Shown here: piece by piece, positions 57,386 to 64,000 of the stretch
How the letters are laid out: each line of letters starts with the position of its first letter
Numbering within the stretch: position 1 is the stretch's first letter
Source of the DNA: an uncultured Gemmatimonadales bacterium
GTDB taxonomy: Bacteria > Gemmatimonadota > Gemmatimonadetes > Longimicrobiales > RSA9
Length of the DNA: 64,000 bases
Assembly: GCA_963798085.1 (NCBI GenBank)
Contig: CAWCRS010000001.1
Coordinates: 288,001-352,000, forward strand
Direction: 5' to 3'
Notes under the pieces: model-generated
Databases searched by the model: none
What the model was told of the DNA's origin: nothing
What the model saw: the letters and a program-made list of their open reading frames with translations, nothing else
Made by a program: the position numbers and the translations under genes

Positions 57386-60091
57386 CTATTCTCCGGCCTG
57401 CTTGCGCATCACGGCCAGGCGCAATGCCTCGCGTGTCGGATCGGAGGCGACGAACAGGTCGTCAGGGAACCGGCGATAGCGCAGCATCTCGTCGTAGATC
57501 GTGCCTTCCTGGTACAGATTCAGGCCCATGCCCGCGAGGTACTGCAGCCGCAGATTGCGGTCGGTGTTGATCGCCGCGCCCTTGAGCCACGGCGCCAGGT
57601 CCTGCCCGCGGCCGGCCCAGGTGGAGAGCAGATCGATCGCGGAGTAGAACTGCACATCACCCAGCGACAGCAGCACGGGCATGTAGTCGGGGCGGTGCAG
57701 GCGCTCCTGCATGGCGTCCACATCGATGGGCGACGCATCCAGCTGGCCGGAAACCACCAGATCGTAACCGCGACCGTCAATGTCGTTGCCCCACACGTTG
57801 CCGTGCGGGAAGACATCGAAGAAGGTGGCCATCTCGCTCTTCACCACGTCCGTCGTGCTCTCGTACAGCGGCACCCACTGCGTGATCACGCCGCCCGGAT
57901 TCAGGTGGCGTTTCACCAGATCGAAGTACTCCTTCGTGTACAGTGTGGCGGCGCCCTTGACCCATGGATGGATGGGGTCGGACGTGATGACGTCGAACTT
58001 CTGATCCGTGGTGAGCACGAAGTGGCGCGCATCATCGTAGACCACGGTGACGCGCGGGTCCTTCAGCACATCGTAGTTCTGTTCGCTGAAAAAGCGCGAC
58101 ACGACCTGCGGTATGAGCGGCTCGATTTCGCAGATGACGATGCGCTCGATGTCCGGGTAGCGCACGAACGTGCCCGCCGTAACACCCGCGCCGAAGCCGA
58201 CGATCAGCACCGACTTCGGGTGCGGGTGCAGCAATGCCGAAAGATGACCCAGCATGCGCTGCAGCCGCATGTCCGAGGGCTCCGTGCTCGCCTCGATCTT
58301 GCCGCTGACGTGGAAATTGCGCACGCCGTTGGACAGCTGTGTCACCGCCACGTCCGCATTCATGCCTTCGCCCATGTACAGCACATTGGGCACGAAGTCC
58401 TTGGTCACCAGGTACCGGCCGTACGCGACGAGGCCGCCCGGCAGGGGCGGCATGGTGCGCAGCAGCACGATGGTCACCACGAGTGACACGGCCAGTGCCA
58501 GCGCGTGCCCCGGCCCGTACGCGGGCCGCACGGCATCGCCCTCCGCGACCGGCTTCCCGGCGAACAGTGGCGCCAGCATCAGCAGTCCGGCCGCGGCCGA
58601 AATCGCAGCCAGCAGGCGCTGCGACTGCTGTGTGCCCAGTGTGGGAATGAAGAACATGCTGAAGGCCAGCGATCCGAGGATGGCGCCCACCGTGTTGGCC
58701 GCGTACACGCGGCCCACCATTTGAGCGGGATCCCGTCCCTCCATGTGAGCACGACGCCCGGACGCGGTGTGCGCTTCACCGGCGACCCGGTCCGGAGCCC
58801 GTCCTTCCGTTCGCGCCCCCCGAGAGGCGGGGGCGTGCCTGCCGTCGGCCCCGCCTTCGAAACCGGCCGCGACCGCGAGTGCCAGCGGGAAGCTCGCGCC
58901 CCAGAGCACGGCGGGCGGCAGGATGGCCCAGAGACAGCGCACGAGGTCGAGCTGGAAATTGAACCAGGCGCTCGTCGCCAGCGACGGATTGATGGGCCAC
59001 CACGGCAGCGAGCGGCCGATCATGTTCGCGGTCCAGGCAATGCCCGCGACGAGCAGCATCTGGCACCAGCCTAGTGTGGCCCGCGGGTTGCCCGCCGTGC
59101 GCGCCAGCATGGAGCCCGCGCTGCTGCCGATGCCCAGCCCGATCAGGAACACGGCCAGGATGATGGAGAACGTGTAGACGGAGGCGCCCAGCAGCAGTGA
59201 CAGCTCGCGCGTCCAGATGACTTCGGCGCCCAGCGCGGTCAGGCCCGAGAGTGCGATCGCCACGTAGACCGCCCACGCCTGGCGGCGCTGCGCCGGCGCG
59301 TCGAACAATGGCGTCGCCTTCAAACCGTCTGTTAGAGACTCCTGCATGCCCTGCGCGGCGGGCGCTTCCGTGCTCCGGCCCGCGTGCCCGGGCCGGCGGG
59401 CGGCCAGCGTGAGCCCCAGCGCCGCAATCGCCAGGTTGATGGCAACCGCGACATACGTGGCGAACGCCATGTCGTGCACACGCAGCAGGTAGAAGCCCGC
59501 GAGCAGGCAGCCGAACACGGCGCCGCCGATATTCGCCGTGTAGAACAGGCCCAGCCAGGAAACGCCCGCGGGTGTGGTCTCGATCCAGCGCGAGATGGCG
59601 GGCAGCGTGGCGCCCATCAGCAGCGTGGGCGGCAGCAGGAACAGCGTGCTGACCAGGCCGCGCAGCAGCAGACCAATGAAGCCGTGTCCCGCGTTCGCCG
59701 TGTACAGCCCGCCCACGAGTGGCAGTCCGAACAGCACGAACAGCGCGATCAGGCCGATGCCCAGCTCGAGCAGCGCATAGACGCGCAGCGGATGGTGCCG
59801 CGCGCTGATCAGGCGAGGCAGCAGCAGACTGCCCGCGCACATGCCGCCCATGTATGTGGCCAGCAGGAGCCCCAGCGAGATCCCGGACGAGCCCAGCACC
59901 AGCTCCAGCAGCTGGAACCAGACGATCTCATAGATCAGTGCCGCGCAGCCGCTGCCAATGAAGAGACCGAGCACGAGCGGGTTGAGGCCGCCGGTCTGCC
60001 TGGCGGCGCTGTTCACGGCGGCAGTCGCGGGGCCCGGTGTCACCAGCGGTGCGGCAGTGGCGCGGGGTGTAGGAATGTTGCGTTTGGGCAT
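57386..60091 (-). CDS. Fused MFS-like / spermidine-synthase-like protein, paralog of 5871-8315
   Basis: SGCAALIYEIVWFQLL; GEGMN; GKIEASTEPSDMRLQRMLGHL; VLIVGFGAGVT; FDVITSDPIHPWVKGAATLYTKE. Confidence 0.88.
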   Translation of the reverse strand: MPKRNIPTPRATAAPLVTPGPATAAVNSAARQTGGLNPLVLGLFIGSGCAALIYEIVWFQLLELVLGSSGISLGLLLATYMGGMCAGSLLLPRLISARHHPLRVYALLELGIGLIALFVLFGLPLVGGLYTANAGHGFIGLLLRGLVSTLFLLPPTLLMGATLPAISRWIETTPAGVSWLGLFYTANIGGAVFGCLLAGFYLLRVHDMAFATYVAVAINLAIAALGLTLAARRPGHAGRSTEAPAAQGMQESLTDGLKATPLFDAPAQRRQAWAVYVAIALSGLTALGAEVIWTRELSLLLGASVYTFSIILAVFLIGLGIGSSAGSMLARTAGNPRATLGWCQMLLVAGIAWTANMIGRSLPWWPINPSLATSAWFNFQLDLVRCLWAILPPAVLWGASFPLALAVAAGFEGGADGRHAPASRGARTEGRAPDRVAGEAHTASGRRAHMEGRDPAQMVGRVYAANTVGAILGSLAFSMFFIPTLGTQQSQRLLAAISAAAGLLMLAPLFAGKPVAEGDAVRPAYGPGHALALAVSLVVTIVLLRTMPPLPGGLVAYGRYLVTKDFVPNVLYMGEGMNADVAVTQLSNGVRNFHVSGKIEASTEPSDMRLQRMLGHLSALLHPHPKSVLIVGFGAGVTAGTFVRYPDIERIVICEIEPLIPQVVSRFFSEQNYDVLKDPRVTVVYDDARHFVLTTDQKFDVITSDPIHPWVKGAATLYTKEYFDLVKRHLNPGGVITQWVPLYESTTDVVKSEMATFFDVFPHGNVWGNDIDGRGYDLVVSGQLDASPIDVDAMQERLHRPDYMPVLLSLGDVQFYSAIDLLSTWAGRGQDLAPWLKGAAINTDRNLRLQYLAGMGLNLYQEGTIYDEMLRYRRFPDDLFVASDPTREALRLAVMRKQAGE

Positions 60092-60300
60092 GATGGTGAG
60101 GCGACTCCGTTCGATCATCCTGTGGAGGCAGAACCGGCAAGATGCCGGTGGCCGGAGCATCTCGTCCAGCCGAACGGGACAGTCCGGGCGCCCGCTTCGC
60201 CGTACAGATCCGCTGCCGCCACGACCCGTACCGGACAAGGGGCGTCGTACGGCCGGGGCACGTACCCCGAGCGCGCAGGATCCACTACTTTGCGGCTCTT

Positions 60301-61044
60301 ATGAGCTTCCAGGACCATTTCAGTCGACACGCGTCCGACTACGCCCGTTTCCGGCCGTCCTACCCTGCCGCCTTGTTCGAATGGCTCGCCTCGCTCACCA
60401 GCGCACACGATCTGGCGTGGGACTGCGGCACGGGCAATGGCCAGGCGGCGGTCGGTCTGGCCGCCCACTATGCGCGCGTCCACGCCACGGATCCAAGCGA
60501 GCCGCAGCTGGCCAATGCGACAATGCATGCGCGCGTGCACTACCAGCAGACCCCGGAGCGGGCTTCCGGATTGCTACGCGCGAGCGCCGACCTGGTCGCG
60601 GCGGCGCAGGCCTTTCACTGGTTCGATGCGGACGCGTTCTTCGGCGAAGCACGCCGAGTGCTGCGCCCGGGCGGCGTCGTCGCCATCTGGTGCTACACGG
60701 TGCCCGGGATCGAGCCCGGCCTGGATGCGGTGATCCGGCATTTTCACGACCATGTCGTGGGCCCGGACTGGCCGCTCGGCCGCGAGCAGGTCAACCTCGG
60801 GTATCGTAACGTCGCGTTTCCCTTCCCCGAACTGAAACCTCCGCATCTGGCCATCGAGCGGGCGCTCGATCTGCGCGCGTTCATTGCATACATCGCGACA
60901 TGGTCTGCCGTACAACGCCAGCGCGCGCGCACCGGCAGGGATCCCGTGCCCGCGTTCGAGGCGGACCTGGCCGGCCTGTGGGGCGACGCGGCAGCCGCCC
61001 GCCTGGTGCGCTGGCCCATTGAGATGCGGGTGGGGCGCTGCTGA
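60301..61044 (+). CDS. Class I SAM-dependent methyltransferase
   Basis: FQDHFSRHASDYARFRPSYP, WDCGTGNGQAA, AQAFHWFD, RVLRPGG. Confidence 0.92.
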   Translation: MSFQDHFSRHASDYARFRPSYPAALFEWLASLTSAHDLAWDCGTGNGQAAVGLAAHYARVHATDPSEPQLANATMHARVHYQQTPERASGLLRASADLVAAAQAFHWFDADAFFGEARRVLRPGGVVAIWCYTVPGIEPGLDAVIRHFHDHVVGPDWPLGREQVNLGYRNVAFPFPELKPPHLAIERALDLRAFIAYIATWSAVQRQRARTGRDPVPAFEADLAGLWGDAAAARLVRWPIEMRVGRC

Positions 61045-61097
61045 TGCGCCCAAACACTGTGTTACCCGGTACGTCACCACTGTCAGGAGTGCGGATC

Positions 61098-63188
61098 ATG
61101 AAGCGATCGCTGCTGATTCTGCTGCTGGCGGGCGGCTCGCCGTTGCTGCTCGCGTCACCGGTCCGCGCCCAGCGCGCCGGCCTCGCCCCACGGAACTGGC
61201 CGGAGCGCGCCATCCGCCACGACATCCCCATGACCGACATGATCCGGCGCGCCTTCGCCGCCGGCACCCGCGATTCCACGGGCCGGCCCGGCGCGAAGTA
61301 CTGGCAGCTGTGGCTGGACTACACGATCAATGCGAAGCTCGATCCGGAGAGTTCGACGCTCACGGGTCACGAGACCGTCGTCATTCACAATAACAGCGAC
61401 AGCGCCATGACCTCCATCGTCATGCGCCTCGATCAGAACATTTTCCGCGGCAGTGTGTCCAGGGCCGCGCCAACGGTGCCGTCCGAGATCACGGATGGCA
61501 TGGTACTCACTCGCCTCGCGCTGAACGGCCAGGCTGTGGATCTGGATGCGCAGCCCGCGTTCGGCCGCGGCGGCAGAGGCGGGCGCGGCGGTGGTGGTGG
61601 CCTGACCGAGCCCATGCTGACGGGGGCGACACAGACCTCCGCCCGTCTTCTCCTGCCCTCGCCCGTCGCGGGGAAGTCCAGCGCCATGCTCGATATCGAC
61701 TGGCATTTCAAGCTGGCCGGCGGACCGGGCGGCAGCGGCCATCGCATGACGGCGAGGTGGGCGGACTCACTGTACCAGGTGACGCAGTGGTATCCGCGCA
61801 TTGCCGTGTTCGATGATCTGCGACAGGGCGGCTGGGACACCGATCCGTATCTCGGCCCCTCCGAGTTCTACAACAACTTCGGTCGCTTCGATGTGCGCAT
61901 TGACGTGCCCGCGGGCTGGATCGTGGGTGCGACCGGCGTGCTGCAGAACGCGCAGGACGTGCTGACTCCGGTCGCCCGCGAGCGGCTCTCGCACGTGCTC
62001 GAGTCCAACGACACGCGCATGATCGTCAGCGCGGATGAGGCCGGACCGGGCCGTGCTACGGCTGCTGGCGACCGGCTGGTCTGGCACTTCGTCGCGGATA
62101 CCGTGAACGATTTCGCCTGGGGCACGGCGAAACAGTTCGTGTGGCAGGCGACGCGCGCCACGATTCCCGGCCGTGGTCCCGTGCCCGTGAACATGTATTT
62201 CCTGCCGGGCAATGCGTCGCGCTACGAGAACGCACCGGAAGCGGGCCGTCACGCACTCGAGTTCTACTCGAAGCTCTGGATGCCGTATTCGTTCCCGCAG
62301 CTCACCATGCTCGACGGACCGGACACGGGCATGGAGTATCCCATGCTCATCATGTCCAACCAGGGTGCGGCCGATCACGAGACCGGCCATTCCTGGTGGC
62401 CCATGACCGTGAGCAACAACGAGACCTGGTACGGCTGGATGGACGAGGGCTTCAACCAGTACATGAACATCCTGTCAGGCGCCGATGCGCGCGGCCAGCC
62501 GCCCGCGCTCGATGGCCGTGGCCAGAGCTACGGCCAGCGCAGCGGCAACGAGCAGGAGGGCGCGCTCATGTGGGACGCCAACTACGGCGGCCCGGGCTAC
62601 TCCTACCAGGCGTACAGCAAGACGCCGCTCATGCTGTCCATGCTGGGCGGCATTGTGGGCGACTCGGCGGTCTGGCGGGCGCACAGCGACTATGCGAAGG
62701 CCTGGCGCTTCAAGCACCCCTCGCCCTGGGACTACATGTTCTTCATGAGCCGCGCGCTGCGGCAGGACCTGGGCTGGTTCTGGTATTACTGGCTGTTCAC
62801 CACGGAAGCGGTGGACGGCTCCATCCAGAATGTGGCCACCAGCGGCACGCACACCGTGATAACCGTGCGTCAGGATGGCCCGATGCCTTCGCCCGTGGTG
62901 CTCCGCCTGCAGCTGGCCGGCAGCGGCGCACTGCCCGCCATCCCTAACAGCGTGCAAGTGGACGCCGGCACGGTGGACGTGACCTGGCCGGTGGCTGTCT
63001 GGTTCAACGGCAGTCGCACGTTCCAGGCGACCGTGGACCTGGGCGCCCGCCGCCTCGAGAAGGTCACGCTGGATCCGCACGGTCGCTTCCCTGACAGCGA
63101 CGTGAGCGACAACACCTGGCCCCGCGATCCCAACGCGACGCCCGCGCGCGGCCGGGGCCGCGGCCGCGGCGGCGCACTTCCCGACTGA
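61098..63188 (+). CDS. Secreted M1-family metallopeptidase
   Basis: AGGAG RBS; signal peptide; GRPGAKYWQ; QWYPRIAVFDD; GMEYPM; HETGHSWW..WMDEG (HExxH + E). Confidence 0.92.
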   Translation: MKRSLLILLLAGGSPLLLASPVRAQRAGLAPRNWPERAIRHDIPMTDMIRRAFAAGTRDSTGRPGAKYWQLWLDYTINAKLDPESSTLTGHETVVIHNNSDSAMTSIVMRLDQNIFRGSVSRAAPTVPSEITDGMVLTRLALNGQAVDLDAQPAFGRGGRGGRGGGGGLTEPMLTGATQTSARLLLPSPVAGKSSAMLDIDWHFKLAGGPGGSGHRMTARWADSLYQVTQWYPRIAVFDDLRQGGWDTDPYLGPSEFYNNFGRFDVRIDVPAGWIVGATGVLQNAQDVLTPVARERLSHVLESNDTRMIVSADEAGPGRATAAGDRLVWHFVADTVNDFAWGTAKQFVWQATRATIPGRGPVPVNMYFLPGNASRYENAPEAGRHALEFYSKLWMPYSFPQLTMLDGPDTGMEYPMLIMSNQGAADHETGHSWWPMTVSNNETWYGWMDEGFNQYMNILSGADARGQPPALDGRGQSYGQRSGNEQEGALMWDANYGGPGYSYQAYSKTPLMLSMLGGIVGDSAVWRAHSDYAKAWRFKHPSPWDYMFFMSRALRQDLGWFWYYWLFTTEAVDGSIQNVATSGTHTVITVRQDGPMPSPVVLRLQLAGSGALPAIPNSVQVDAGTVDVTWPVAVWFNGSRTFQATVDLGARRLEKVTLDPHGRFPDSDVSDNTWPRDPNATPARGRGRGRGGALPD

Positions 63189-63213
63189 AAACGGCGACTG
63201 TACGCGTGAACAG

Positions 63214-63249
63214 GCGCCCCGTGGAACTTCCACGGGGCGCGCCGTTTTT
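63214..63249 (+). terminator. Rho-independent terminator
   Basis: GCGCCCCGTGGAA-C-TTCCACGGGGCGC followed by GCCGTTTTT, after the M1 stop. Confidence 0.7.
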
Positions 63250-63408
63250 CTGCTCGCCGCCTGCTGACGACACTTTAACAGATCCGGGCGGTGCTGCATC
63301 CATCGGACAGGACGATGACAACGTCCTGTCGCAAGGATGGATCCTGTGTATTCGATCAGCGGTACCGCAGGGGCACCGCGTTCGATGCAGCATGGAGAAG
63401 GAGGCACC

Positions 63409-63969
63409 ATGAGACTCGATCGTCCGTTCGTATCGCGAACGCTGGCAGTGCTGCTGGCCGTTCCTCTGGCCGCCGCCCTCATGGCGGGCCCCGCCAGCGC
63501 GCAGGGCCGGGGGCGGGGCAACAAGGGCCGTGACGATCACGATCGTGACCGCGGCCGCGACGCGCACGTCGTGGCGCACCTGCCGCCCGGACATGCCCGT
63601 GTCATGGTGGGCAGCAACGCATACTTCTTCAACGGCGGCCTGTTTTACCGCGAAGTACCGCACGGCTATTCCGTGGTGCGCGCCCCGCGTGGCGCCGTGG
63701 TGACTGCACTGCCCCGCGGCTTCGCCAATGTATTCCTCGGACCCCGGCACTTCGCGTTCTATCTCGGCGTCTTCTACGAGTGGCGCCCCGATCACCGCAA
63801 CTACGTCGTGGTCGATGCGCCCTACGGCGCCGAGATCCGCGTGCTGCCGCGTGGCTACACGACCCGCCAGGTGAGAGGCGAGGTCTACTACGTCTACGAT
63901 GACGTCTACTACCGCCCTGTGCGCCGCAACGGCGTCACCATGTATGTGGTCACGCGTGTCACCTTCTGA
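63409..63969 (+). CDS. Secreted hypothetical protein (DUF6515-like repeats)
   Basis: AAGGAGG RBS; signal peptide; repeated LPxG...Y.Y..G.FY...YxVVxAPxGA units. Confidence 0.8.
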   Translation: MRLDRPFVSRTLAVLLAVPLAAALMAGPASAQGRGRGNKGRDDHDRDRGRDAHVVAHLPPGHARVMVGSNAYFFNGGLFYREVPHGYSVVRAPRGAVVTALPRGFANVFLGPRHFAFYLGVFYEWRPDHRNYVVVDAPYGAEIRVLPRGYTTRQVRGEVYYVYDDVYYRPVRRNGVTMYVVTRVTF

Positions 63970-64000
63970 GCCGCGAGGCCACCGCTTCCACCGCGGAGAG

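Noticed and set aside
1..64000. tRNA, rRNA, transposase, integrase, reverse transcriptase or phage genes
   Set aside because: None were recognised in the ORF track or intergenic regions by eye; tRNAscan-SE and HMM searches would be needed to exclude divergent cases.

Overview
A high-GC bacterial window; the gene content suggests Gemmatimonadota or Acidobacteriota (inference only). The centre (about 26.1-47.4 kb) is an array of seven ADOP-like orphan MacB/FtsX permeases and four PadR regulators, with no ABC ATPase in the window. The PadRs fall into two sequence classes, and each class is linked to permeases with a different N-terminal cytoplasmic prefix. A 21-bp palindrome (TCCCC-N11-GGGGA-like) precedes all three class-I units. 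Three copies of an exactly 143-bp palindromic element sit beside and within this array. It has 21-bp terminal inverted repeats with compensatory changes, a fixed central TGCCCCGTTTT motif and no target-site duplication. Two copies bracket a small HTH-like gene, and a 177-bp variant lies at 56 kb. The flanks carry secreted peptidases (two M14, S9, M1, two M23-like), two MFS/spermidine-synthase-like fusions, an SSS transporter with a spermidine-dehydrogenase-like oxidoreductase, a 3-keto-glycoside utilisation cluster, a TIR-TM-FGS protein and several intergenic repeat families. The first M14 gene is broken by clustered frameshifts. I recognised no rRNA, tRNA, CRISPR array, transposase or integrase. 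All family calls come from motif recognition by eye, not database searches.
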